64,000 bases of DNA from Pelomyxa schiedti. Its lineage: Eukaryota; Protista; Evosea. Made by a program: the position numbers and the translations under genes. The notes under the pieces are model-generated. The model was not told the origin of the DNA. It searched no databases and was given only the letters and a program-made list of their open reading frames with translations. The stretch covers positions 124,001 to 188,000 of the forward strand of contig JAHLWZ010000792.1 of the NCBI GenBank assembly GCA_020536535.1, read 5' to 3'. Shown piece by piece: positions 40,208-53,300 of the stretch; within the stretch, counting starts at the first letter, position 1, and each line of letters opens with the position of its first letter.

Positions 40208-43200
40208 ATGGCCGACGTAAGTCGCAACAGCGGGGGTGCCAGTTCCAGCGGAAGTGCGAGTCAGCAACAACACGGATCTCCCGTTCCTTTGTGGCAGTCG
40301 TACGTGCGGTTGCAGGCGAGAAACGCGCAACTTGAGAAGGAGGTCACTACGCTGCGCGACGCTCTCAAGCAACTCACGAGCAAGTTTTTGGCGTACCTTA
40401 AGAATCCCGCGTCTGTGCCAGATGCGGCGCAGGCGATCGCCGCCGCCAACGCGGTGGCTGGCGCGCCGTCTCCAAGCGCTCCTTCGGTCACTTCCTCCAG
40501 CGGGCCTACGAAGGAAGGTAAGAAAGTAAGAAAACTACCTACACCCCCTGTGAGCTCCCAGCAGCAATCAGCTTCACGGGTGCTACCTCAACCACAACCA
40601 CGGCCTCTGCCACAGCCGCAGTCGCAGTCACAGTCACAAACACAACCACAACCACAAGCGCAACCACAAACACAAACACTTACACAACCACAAGCGCAAA
40701 CACTTACACAAGCACAAGCTCAGACCCAAGCACAAGCGCAAACGCAAACACAAAACCTGCAACAAAGTACGCAAATACCAGCCACTTCACAAGAACAGAC
40801 TCCTCTTCCGGCACAATCAGAACCTCAAATGCAGACACAGTCACCTCCTCGAATTAAAGACTCAGAAAAGCCCCAGAACAACATAAAACAAGAGGAAACA
40901 AAAGATGTAAAAACCAAGAGCCAGTCAAGTCTGGTTGGAGTGTCTTCCCCAGACTCTACGCAAGTGAAAGAAGATAAGCCTCAAGAAAATTCATATTCTT
41001 TGTGCTCAGATTCAGTTCAACTGGCAGCTGCTTCTCAGTCACAGCAAGACAAATCTCAAGTTTTGGTTCCACAGCCATCACAGGAACTCAACCATGTGGA
41101 AACAGAAAACGTTGCAATGCCAGTCTCAGATCCGGAGACTTTGGAAGCATTTGAGAAACTCACACTTCTCATAGAGACTATCCATATTCAAGACTCCAAG
41201 CCAAACATGGAGAAACCAACAGCCCCTCCATGCAAGCTACCATCGCGAGTAATGCATTCTCGCTGCCGTGCTGTGAAAAGAAAACCAATACCCATCATCT
41301 CAAATCATCTGGCTATTTCACCTCGGACACCAAACTTCTTTACATTTGATTTTTTGTTTCACTGGCAAGAGATTGAGCTTAAACTCCTTGTATTTGTCCA
41401 GCAACTAGACGCTTTACTTGAAGAATACTTAGTCCAATCCCCATCCCTCCAAGAACAGCCCTTGGATGGAATGCCTAGTCACACAAGCCAAGTATTTCCC
41501 TTCAAAAAACCTCATTGAGAGTCACTCTTAAGAAGGATGAGCCATTGTCTTCCAATATAAGACCGTATTCTGTAGATGCCCCAGAAAGACCACTGTCTGG
41601 GACGGTAGTAAAAGAACGAGCACTTTCGGCATCAGAAACGTTGTCCCTTAAGATATCCGATATAGATGGTTTGTCAGTTTGAGTAGCTTTATTTAACAGT
41701 ACCTAGTATCTGCACAACCTGCTGTGTCACCCAGTCCTGAACCAAGGTGTGATTACCTTTCTTTCATATTGAACTATAGCTGCCCTTAGAAAGTGGTATT
41801 TCCCATCAAAGCATTCCTATGGCTGCGCTGCACCTGCTCCCGTTGATAGCAATGTCAGTATATGTCTGATTCCTCCTTCAGATTTGAAGCCAACTCTGGA
41901 AAGTAAAACTGCTTGCTTGTAATCGTCCCACCATGTTCAATAATTCACCCAGAGTTCACTCAGCGGTTTCCCACATCAGCAACGCTTGGGGATCTTATTA
42001 AGGCAGCCTGGGATAATTGGGCAATTAGTATGAAATACAAGTCTGCTGAGGAACAATTCACACAAGTATCTGTAACTGCTTATAAATTACCAAATAACAA
42101 AAAAAAAAAAAAAAAAAAGATTCTTATGGATTACGATTTTGCCATCATCAGAGCACTTTGCACCACTTCAAGTCTTGAAGACCAAGAAAGAGTGGCCAAC
42201 CTTGTTATTCCGTTTTTTGATTCCATCAATCCTATTGAGACCCAAAAAATGCTACACATTGTCATCGATTCTGAAGTAAAGACTTCTGGTTGGCATTCCA
42301 AAATTTTGGCCTCCTAATATTGGCAGTAAATACAAGCGATTTACTAAGAAGCAATGGACCTCTACCGAGATTATTGGTCACCTTTACACAGCTTAAGATG
42401 AAAGCCTTTGTGAAATCGACCATTATTCCCCTTTTAAATAGATGGAATGCCCTTGAGCCTCCTCCTTCATATGAGGTAGTGGGGTTGTTTGTTTAAGACT
42501 TGATAGAATTAAAACTCGTCCCCTGCAGCTTGACCCAAAGAACCTTCCCACTCCCGAAATTCCTGACCTTGTGAAAACAAATGCACAGCTAAATACTAAC
42601 AGGACAAACCTGCAACTTATAACCAAGGAATTTATTGGTCTTCTTACCAGTGAAGTAAATTCCATTCCAAGGTATAATTTATTATTAATACCCAATTACG
42701 GTATTCAACATATGAAGTGAGGTGAGAACTGTTCTTTCACACTTGTGGCATGTTGCTTTTGAAAAATTTGGTAAGACTGCCTACTTAGCTGTAGGCGCAT
42801 TTATCTTTGAGCGAGTTCTCTGCTCTCCAATAGGGAACCCTGAAAAGTACAACATACATGATGGTACAAAACAAAACAAATTTTTTTTACCTATCCTAGT
42901 TACTTTTATGTAGGAACTCTCCGGAGAGGACTGATGCTATTTTTGAAAGTAGCTCATGCCCTTGCATACCAGGAGCCTTTCCATGACGGATTCATGTGCT
43001 GCATGAATGCTTTTATATTAACAAACGTAGACAGCGTCTCAAATTTAATCCGCTTGATTGTGGTGTGTCATATCCACATTAATTCCTAGTCCAACTGCTA
43101 CTTCAGGATGTTGTCTCCACACTTCCCAAGCAACCAAGTTCTGTTGTTTCCCCCTCCAAGGATTCGGACATGATCCTCCTTCAACTTCATTCTCTTTGTA

Positions 43201-46200
43201 AAATCAACTTTGATAAGATTTCTTCATCTCTTTCCGCAATGCAGGAACTATATGTAATTATCTCCAAAAGGAAAAACTTTCACTCAACAGAACAAAACAA
43301 CAAGTCTATAGCCAATCCAGTATTGTGCCGTCTTCAGAAAGTGCTAGTGTCACCTCCTCACATTAAATTTGAATATCCAGTGAAAGTTTGTGCCACTGAT
43401 TCGTACTTTGAGATAAGCTCCTGGAACATCCAATTGTTTTCTTCCGCCCTTCGAAAACATGTTTTAAACTATGGATAGAGAGAATTTGCCGTATGTTAAT
43501 ATATGCAGACGATCCTCACAAATCCCCACTTTCGAGTTTGTTTCAAGAAAAGTGGAAACTGAGGTTTAATACTTCCTCTCACTATGTCATCTGATATTCT
43601 GTAGGAAAAGCAAGTTTGTTCAGAGATTGCAAGTATCCTAGAATGCCCTCAAGATTGGAATTTTCTTGATGAAGAGCTTTTTCAGTGGGAGACGACACTG
43701 TATCGGTAAAATGATGAGCTTCTCATGTAGAACATAATTTAAGCAAGGAGTCTAGTAGAAGTGCAGCGCCCATGGCCCAGCATCCATGCCCGCTTCACAA
43801 TGTTACCACTACCTCCAAATACGCCCACGATGTTATATGCCACTATATACCTTCCTAGTGGCTCAACTACAAAAACTTTCCAATGCTCTGTTGATGTTAC
43901 TTCTACTGACTTACTCGCTGAGGTAATCATAGCATCATCTTCACAGTGGCATTTACTCTCTCTAGGTTATTCAAAAAACAAAAGGACTCCATTCTCTCAC
44001 AGCACGGTCGGCCGTGTTTAAGACAGTTGGCCAACAGCAGTACCTTTTTGACAACATGCCATTGAAGTACTTTGATTTTGTGAGGGACTCTCTTAGACGT
44101 GGTAAGCGAGTCGCTTTCGAACTGTTGTCTACTTCTGGTATCTTGTGGGAATCGCCAGTGAAAGTATATTGAAAATTTATTATCCACTCTTATGTCTCTC
44201 ATACAGATTACCTTCCCTGCACCACCAGTCTTTCCTGCTAGTATGTCTGCCCTTGATGTGCCAAGACCCCTGGAGGTTCAAATCAATTATGTTGTGGGTC
44301 TGCCCCCTGCTCCTCCTGATTCATATGTTGGCGTTGAAGCTGGATTGTACATTCCTCACACAATTGACTTGGAAATCCATTACTAATTTTTTCCCAGATA
44401 CTATGGTGGAAAATTGTTTTCTGAACTCTTTTGTTGTTCTCTTATTGAAATTAACAACAAGACAGTCTGGAACCAGTGGTTGTCATTTGCTGGTTCAAAC
44501 CTTTCAAAACTTCCCAAAGTAAGCTTGTCACATACGAAGTCGAGCTAAAAATTTGTAGGAAACAAGAATCTGCTTCAGTGTATTTATTCAAGAAATCAAG
44601 AATTGGAAGACACGCAGTCAAACAAATGGGAATCGCACTCCAGGTGCATCAAATGGGAATGGAACTTCTTCACCAATCGGATCACCAGATGTCAGGTTTT
44701 GTCTTGTGTTGCCCTCTAATCATTTCATGACTCTTGCCCCAGGCCAAGAAGTGGGACTCTAGCCTTGTACCGTGCTCAAGCTCAAATTCAGACTGCAACT
44801 TTTGGGAAGAGGACAGATTTATTTTGGTCAAGTGTGAGGGTTGGTTTCCAGAACAAGGGATCAAAAGTGATTATTTCTTCCAGATATATAATTTCTGTTC
44901 CCACTTGCGATCAGGGCAAATTACCCTTCCACTGCTTCCTGGAGAAGTTAACCCCATTGGTTTAGCTTATTGTATTCATTTTTCTCTTACACTAAGAGGT
45001 GCTCAGGAATGGCTGTTGACAGTATGAATCTATCCACAGAAGATTCTGTTGGGGAACTGTGCATAACTTTTCCAGCTGGGGCCTCCATAATGTTTCCTTC
45101 TGACGAGCAATTACTTTCCACAGCTTCAACAAAGTCCACAAGGAACTCCGTGGAAGAAGATAAACCAGTCCCATCAGCTGAGGATCAAGCAACATTACTT
45201 GCTCTGTTACAGAGTGGTAAGCTGCCCATAAATCCTCAAGTTATGACCTTCCTAGATCTTCTTTATCCAATGTCAAGTGAAGAAAAGGCGTTCATTTGGA
45301 AGTACAGACATTTTTGTTTATCGGTACAAAATGGTAGTTGTCTCACTTTTCCCCTTGAAAATCAACAATACAAAGGATTTGTTAAAATACCACTGGCAGT
45401 GAATTGGACAGACACTTCTGCTGTCCTGGAGCTCTACAAGTATTCTTCGTTATGTTACAGTCGAACTCATGAACTTGCAGGTTAATGCCCACTGAGGCTT
45501 CACTGGATCCTATGGTCGCAATGGAAGTGCGTTAATTTCTTTTTTTCTATTACCAGTGTCTAAAAAGCCAACGCAACAGCTTTTGGACTCCAAATTCGTT
45601 GACCATAAAATTCGGTCCTATGCAGTAAGCTGTTTGAATCAACTATCATTGGAGGAGTTGTCAGATTTTCTCATCCAACTTGTTCAAGTATTTTCTTTTG
45701 GACTCAAACATTGCTAAGTAGCAAAAAAAAAAAAAAAAAAGGCACTAAAATGTGAATCTTACCAAGACTCCCCTCTTGCCCAATTTCTTCTCTCTCGGGC
45801 CATTGAGAACAGAGTTCAAATAGGACATTTATTCTTTTGGCTTTTGAAGGTAATTTCCTTTTCCTATGTCATTTCCAACCTCGTTTTATAGAGTGAGTCT
45901 GATCAACCAAAAGTATCTTGATACCACTTACTTCACTGTCTTTCAAAAAGTACCTTACTCCTGCTACAGGTGAGGGAGCGCTTTCGTATTTTAATGAAGT
46001 ACTATTTGAGGTTTACACAATTCAATTTGGTGCCAGCTGAAAAAAAGAAAACAGGGGATGTGGGGAGCACAGACATATTTTAAGGAAGCAACAGCTTCTT
46101 ATTCAAAAATTCATGAGTATCACAACCAACCCTAAAGTACACTCTTTTTGCCCCTATTTCATTTCTTCACATTTTGATAGGTACGACAGTCTCGGACACT

Positions 46201-47580
46201 TTTTGAATCCGAACTGGTTTCTTTGCCAATAGAAAACGGTCTTCCCCTTCCTCATGATCCATGGTACGCCTCTTCTTCTCAACCATAGTTGAACGAATGC
46301 CACTTTTAGCCTTTGTGTTCGCCGACTCATGCCAGAGAAATGCAGAGTTCTAGACTCCCTTCGAGTACTGAATTAGATTTTAATTCATCTAACAATGTGT
46401 AGGCCCCTCTATGGCTAGTTTTCGAAAATGAGGATATCCTTGGGGATCCCATTTACGCACTGTTCAAAGCAGATGACGATCTTAGACAGGATATGCTATC
46501 ATTGCAAATTATAACAATAATGAATAAAGTACATTTGGGAAATTTAAATTATCTCCAACCTCACTCCCACTCAGGTATGGCAACGGGAAAATCTCGATTT
46601 GAATCTGACACCATACACATGCCTTGCCTTGGGCCCTGGCAAAGGAATGATAGAAATCGTATTAGACTCCCAAACAATCGCAAACATTCAGAAGGTGTCT
46701 CCTCCACCTTTTTTTTTGAGAACTTAACAGGCTTTGGCGAAGGTATTTGGTGGTGGTATTACATCAGCTTTCAAAGACAGACCACTGGCAACCTGGTTGC
46801 GCGAGCATAACCCCAATGGTTTGCCTGCCAAATCTAGATGTTCCATTCAAAATGAATTAGATGCTGATTACAACAATGCTGTGGACAACTTCATTCGGTC
46901 ATGTGCTGGCTATTGTGTTGCAACTTATGTATGCCTGTGCTGTAGGGTTTAAAAAATAAATGTCAAATACAGGTACTGGGTGTTGGTGACAGGCACAATG
47001 ACAATATTTTGCTTACCAAAAATGGATATCTGTTCCGTGTGTTCCCTTCTGAATTAATAGTGCCCTTATCCTGTTAGACATCGATTTTGGTCATATTCTT
47101 GGAAACGTGGAAAAATTTCACGGCTTTAGTAGAGACAGGGCTCCATTTGTCCTGACACCTGGTATTTACCCACTTCGCATTGTGATGCTTATCACTTTGT
47201 ACTTTGTAGAGTACGTGTACGTAATGGGTGGAGAGAAAAATCCCAAGTGGCAAACGTTCATCTCTTTTTGCTGTGATGCTTACATTATACTACGGAGGCA
47301 TCACAGAACATTTATCAATTTATTTGCCATGGTAAAATGCCACTCACTTCTGTTACACTGACACATGAAACAGATGTTATCTACTGGAATGCCTGAATTA
47401 CGCACGGCTGAAGATATCCTGTACTTACGGGATGCATTTGGGCTCGACAAAACGGAAGCAGAAGCAAGGATTGCCTTTGAGAAGCTGGTGTACAGGAGTT
47501 TAGACACTCTAATGACACGCATCAATAACGCAATTCACATTGCCGCCCACCCAAAGGTTAGTGAGGTGGGCACATCATGA
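40208..47580 (+). CDS. Class I-like phosphoinositide 3-kinase (RBD-C2-helical-kinase) preceded by a RasGAP domain and a Gln/Pro-rich N-terminus
   Basis: Kinase: [25 protein letters not shown]|[40 protein letters not shown]. Helical: LVQ|ALKCE. C2: VWNQWL. RBD: KTVGQQQYL. RasGAP ~42120-43060: [33 protein letters not shown]. Confidence 0.88.
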
Positions 47581-47758
47581 GTGTATCATAGACTAAACTT
47601 ATTTTTAAAATAATTCTGTTTTGTTTCGGATTTCCCCATGTTTCACAGTGCAGTTGCCTATCCTACCTACTACTAGCCTCATACTACGAACTGATCAACC
47701 TCAAAGCCAAAAAGGAAACCAAAGAAGACTCAAAATTGTTTTTGTTTGAAATACAGCT

Positions 47759-49483
47759 TCAAAAATCGTCTTGCTCATATTGTTCATGGTCGGGGTTGTA
47801 GCCTTCACCATCCAGGTTGCTTTTGACATCATCGTCAGGGGGTGGGGATGTTGGTTCTCCTGATGGGCCTTTGCCTTTGCGAGGGGCTTTCTTCACTTTG
47901 GGTGGCTGTGGAGGGCGCTCCTCTGCAACGAGGCCGGCCTCTTCATAGCGGTGATTGAGTTCGTCTAGTGTTATAAACCTGGATGTGGGTTGTTGGGATT
48001 TTACGAGATTATTTCGGGCATTTTACCCAAGGGAAAATAGCTCTTCAAGGTGGTCCATTTCTTCTGTCATGTCTGAAGGGTTGACAGGAAGGGAGTGGGA
48101 AACTGGGAGTGCTGGCTCTGGATGGAAATAAACTTCCTGTTCAAAGGCACCCTAAAAGATTTTAAAGAAAAAAGGTAGGATAAACTGAATGACCTCCGGT
48201 ATTAGACATGATTCAATATCAGCTTCCTCAACCCCAAGCAACTGGGATAATGTGGAATTTGATATAGTCAATACTGACACTTCTGGAGAATCACTGGGAG
48301 GAGTAAATAAAATCCAATATCAATGAATAACGAAAGATGTCGCACCGGAAAGTGGTTTCTCCAGTTATGGTCTCCCACATGGCCTCTTCATCATAGTCTT
48401 CCGCAGGCACACTTTCGTGTGGAAGTGAAGAATACAGGAGAATTTCATCTTCAGTCGCTTTTCGTGGCTTTTCAATAACCTGAACATTTGTATTGTAAGG
48501 CAGGTGCTGGCTAGCCAAGGCTTACTTACACGGAAAGTCTTAAGATAAACCCAACATGGTCCCACAACAGTGCTAACTTCACCAGAAACTGTGTTGATGA
48601 ATTTGGCACAATCCCCTTCAACCACATGAACTTTATCCCGATAGACCTGTAGTTGGCAGTTATACAACTTACTCTTTAAATTAATGAGACACACAACAGA
48701 GCGGGCCTCTCTCGTCTGCTTATTTTTATGATGCTTCTTCCTGCGCAACCTTGGCATGGAATAGAATTGGTAATTTTCCATTTCAATTCGCTCCAAAGCT
48801 TCTCTTTCTCTTTGTTCCCGAAGCATTTTCCCCAACTGTACGCATAGCTCCTCAACTTCAGCCTATTTCTGGGTTAAAAAAAAAGAACAAACTAAACTTG
48901 GAGGAAAACGAACCTTGTTTTTGCGGAAAATATGATTCCACTTGCACACATGGGATGCCTTATATTCATCATCCAGCCTCTGAATCTCTTCCAACTCTTC
49001 TGGTGATGGTTTCTAGGGAAAAGATTAAGTTCCAGGTTACTGACAAGGTGCATACCGTAAGGAAAGAATGAACCCTGGGCCTCCGCTGCCGACCGGGCTC
49101 CGTGGCTCTTTTGCGAGGGCGGGGTGCTTTTGAATGATAAGGTACATCTTCCTTTGGAAGAGCAGCCTCTCTTCTCCAATCCGCGAGCTAATTCTCTTTG
49201 TAAGAGAAGCAACAATGAGTATAAAACTAACTGCTTTGGCCTCAGAAACTGTGAGTCTCATGTCATCAGCTGGGGCAGCCATTTCTTCTGAGTCCCTGGT
49301 AACTGGCAAACTTCTTTTATACATTTTTTCAATGAGTTTGTTTGGCTTGTGGGTGCCCTTGTACATGGCAGCTTGGTGGGCAGCACGCCTATTTGCCACA
49401 GTGTTGGATTTTATTTGTTCTCTAAAATTCACATACGCTTCTTCCTTTCGTTTCAAAATACGAGCGTAATCGTATTTCCACAT
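47759..49483 (-). CDS. Hypothetical multi-exon protein (charged helical N-terminus, Pro/acidic C-terminus)
   Basis: Chain of minus-strand open exons with GT-AG introns ending ...EQDDF*. No family recognised; start uncertain. Confidence 0.55.
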
Positions 49484-50333
49484 ATCAGATGAAAAGGGCA
49501 CCATAAAAACGCTACAGCCATTAGCTTTAAGTAAATAAAATACACAAGGTACCCAGTGAAGTTGCGTCTTCTGAACTTTTGTGCGTCCTCATGAACAGCC
49601 CACACGTTCACACCATCACAGGCCACGACAACGGCCGGAGAACCAGACACGCGTATAGGATCCCCTGTTCGCAACAAATGTTAAAACCCTACGAGGCAAC
49701 GAGATCTAGATGACGTTTCTTTGTGTTGTTTGTAGGGAGGTGTCGCAATACCGGGTCGGACCATGTGGTGCTTCGGTGTGTCTGTCATGATTTCGCTGTC
49801 GTTGGTTGGTTTATTTTTTCTTTTTGTTTCCTTTAAAATGGCACCTTCTTTTTTGTTTGTTGGTGTTCTTCTTGTACTTTATCTCGCTGAGAACGCGTTC
49901 CATTTTCGGAATTTCCGATCACTGCGGAATCTCGCATCTGTTGGCAGTGGGACAGGCGACACCGTTCCTTCAGAGTGTGTGTTCTGTCAGGAGTGCAAAC
50001 ATTTGGAGCTTTTTGAAACTCCTGATACCACATTGTAATCGAGGAAATTGAAAATGCCCCAATAGCCAAAAAGCTATGATGGCTTGCAGACAATTTTTCA
50101 GTTTCAGCATGTTCTGTTAACTGAACTTGACTGCCACATGTGCCAGAGGTTCGTCGTGAGTTTGGATCTATGAAACAAAGCCGAAAAATCCACGCTACCG
50201 AAAAGGAGATCTAAAAGGCCAGGTGGGCGAAAATAAAGAAACAACAGACAACAAAGAGTGCCCTTCGTCGCTTGTGTAGTTACAACGCGTTCGGCTCCCA
50301 TAACCGAGACACACACAACTCCTCGTTGAGTAA

Positions 50334-53300
50334 ATGATGATGGACGCGGCCAGGCTACAACAGCAGCTGTCAGTCAGCCACAAGAGGACGGCCTCGGACT
50401 CGCCGTCGCCCACGTCGCCGCCCCCCATGCTCATGGGGGCCCCGGAGCCCCCCCCGCCCGCCACCAGCGCGCCCATGCCCTTCCCCATCCGCTGCGCCCC
50501 CTCGTCCCTCTCCGAGCAGGCGCTGCTCTCGCCCTCCTCCCCGCACGGCGGCCTCGGCGGCGGCGTGTGGGGCGGCGGGCACCTGCACCACCTCCACCAG
50601 CTGCACGGCCACGGGCCGGGCAGCGGCTGGGGCGGCGGCTACGACGACGACTACATCCCGCCGCCGACGACGCCGGCGCCGCTGCCGCTGGTCACGCCGT
50701 TCCACTCGTCGCCCAACCTGGCGGCCCACATCCCGCCGCCGCCCATCCCGCCCGGCTGCCCGTCGCCGACCGTCGGGGGCACGGCCACGCCCCCGCTGTC
50801 CACCAGCGGGCAGCTCCCGCGGCGCCACCACCGCCCCGCCGCGTCCTACTCGGGCTCCATGTCGCCGGTGTCCGCGTCGGTCCCGCGGCCGCCGGGCTCG
50901 GGCCACTCCAGCTCCATGTCCAACTCGGGGGGCTCCGCGACGACCTCCTCGCGGCCCACCAACATCATCAGCCAGACGTCCGCGTCGGGGGGCAGCCACC
51001 ACCACCACTCGCACCACCGGCCCAGCAACGGCACGGGCTCCGCCTGCGCCTCGCCCTCGCAGTCGCCGATCCCCTCGCCCTCGTCGTCGCCCTCCAGCTC
51101 CGTGCTGTATGTCATGTCGCCCGCGCCGCGGCCGCCCCCGCCGCCGCTGCCTTCCGCTTCCAGCCCAATGAACTCGGCGGCTCTCGCGGCTGCACTTTCG
51201 GCAGCTTCCGGGGCAACTCCAAATGCAACTGCAACTGCAAATGCAAATCCAAATGTGAATTCAGGTCCAAATCCAAGTGCACTACTACTGGCATCAATAC
51301 CACCTTCACCACCTAGAACAACTCGTAAATACTCTTCATCCTTTTCTGCATCTAGTCCAACTCCAGGTTATCTGTGTTCTATGTTTTCTATGTTCTCTCT
51401 AACTTAACGTACTTAACTTAACCTAAACGTTTTGGTTTCCCCTGCAGGTGCCTGGATACAAAAATTTTTCGGAAAAAAGGAACCCCTCATGTCTACTCCT
51501 TTAAAAAGAAATGACTTCTTAACCTCCCAATCAAGTGCTTTCAATCCTCCTCCTAGCAGTCCCCTCTTTGTCCCTCCCCCATCGACTCCTCCCCCAGGGA
51601 CCTTGTCTTCTGTACCATCACCCATTCCTGCTCCCCCAACACACCCTCCTCCACTTTATTATTTACCACCACGGTCATCAACCCGACAAAGGGCCTACAC
51701 TGACTTTCCACAAACACCATCTACATCCCCACCTAATAACAATTCACTTTACCAACCAAATCCAGTTCCAGCACCCCCACCAAGTAATGACATGGTTTAC
51801 ACTCTCCTTTGTGATAAATATGCATGGCCTTGCCTGCGATACCATACCGCAAAACATTCACCTCACCCTGACGCCTTGTGTGACGTTTCTTTTGCTCATG
51901 ACTGCACGTCTTCACTGAATACACACTCTTGCACCCAAGCGTGCAGCAGTAATTCCTCACCAGTTGCATCAACAGCACCTTCTGCTAGCACCAACTTGAC
52001 ACATGTGGAAAATACCACAACTGGGAACACAAATAATACGAACGATGATTTCACACGTTACTGTTCTCATGCACTAGAGGACGTTTATTACCGGTATGAA
52101 AGCCAGTTATCTTTGAAATTGCGAGAGAAAGCAATTCGTTGTCGAACAAATATACACATTGCTGTGGTATACTCTCTCTTTTTTTCTTTTACCAATGTAA
52201 CAGTCGCTCTAAGAAAAGCTTTGTTCTTTGCCTAGAGATGATGGCAGCAGAAATTGTAAATAGCTTTCTTGTAGCATATCCAGCTTTCACTCCAAAGGTG
52301 CAATTTATAAATTTGATTCACATTAGTTACCATTCCCCATAAACCAGACAGGAAATGGACTCAGCATTTCCTCTCCAGGTGAAGATTCTCCACAAAGGTT
52401 TCTTTTTCAGTTGATGCACAACCTCCTAATTTTTGATAGTTTAGCTACAAGTGGAGACCAACGAGATTCCTTTACTGACGACAGGTTTATTTTAGAATAA
52501 TAAAAAACCTTCCATTCTCACCTAAAGGAGGGTGGGATCTGATTCTGACGGGAATGATGCTGAAGTACCATCCCCTGTTTATTTTATTTTCTCACCAAAC
52601 ATCCTTTTGTTCCTCCCAGGAGGAATCCCCTCTCACACGACTCCATCTTGCAACAACTCAGAAAGTGTTAATATGCTCTCCTGGTGTGCCCCTTCATCTA
52701 TCTGTTCAAGTGTAACTTTCCACAAAAAGAGTCCATCACATCATCTTGCTCTGTCAAACGAGGTAGCTGCTCAACATCTTTATGCGAATGTGACCAATAC
52801 TATGGAACAGTTTATGGTTGCTTCCTTCATTCTCTTTTAACTTAGTAGGCTTATAATTGTAGGTGGGGTATGTCAAAATTGCGGTCACAGCCCTACTGTC
52901 CATGAAAATATGGGCCCTGTTGACAGCATATTGAAGAGCACCTCGCAGACCTCTGGGCCGTCTCTTGACGATTTTCCTCTTCCAACAACAACACACTCTG
53001 AAAACCGTTTGGCTGTGTCAGACTCTGAGATCCGCACATTGTCGATTATCACAAAGCATTCTGCAACACAAAAATCCAATCCGGAACTGGCAAAGGGTTT
53101 CTTTATTTGTGTTACTTTTTGTTGACTGACCTTGTTTGTAAGCTGATGAGCATTTGTTGGTGTCGCCAGTACCTTCCCTTGCGTCATCGAACCCTGAGCA
53201 GCCCTCTCCATTAATACATCAAGTTATCCATTGAAACTGTTCATTTATCCAATTCGCCTCACCGACTTGCAGACTTCCATAGATCAAGGAAACCCTAGTC

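Noticed and set aside
40590-40760. Short tandem repeats (CRISPR- or minisatellite-like)
   Set aside because: These encode a Gln-Thr/Gln-Ala low-complexity tract; no repeat-spacer structure.
49838-50170. Small secreted saposin-like ORF (CVFCQEC, CHMCQ)
   Set aside because: Interrupted by stops and the Cys spacing is incomplete; cannot be supported.
52236-52300. IVNSFLVAYPAFTP resembling a RasGEF N-terminal (REM) motif in the TKL kinase
   Set aside because: A single short motif with no CDC25 domain evident.
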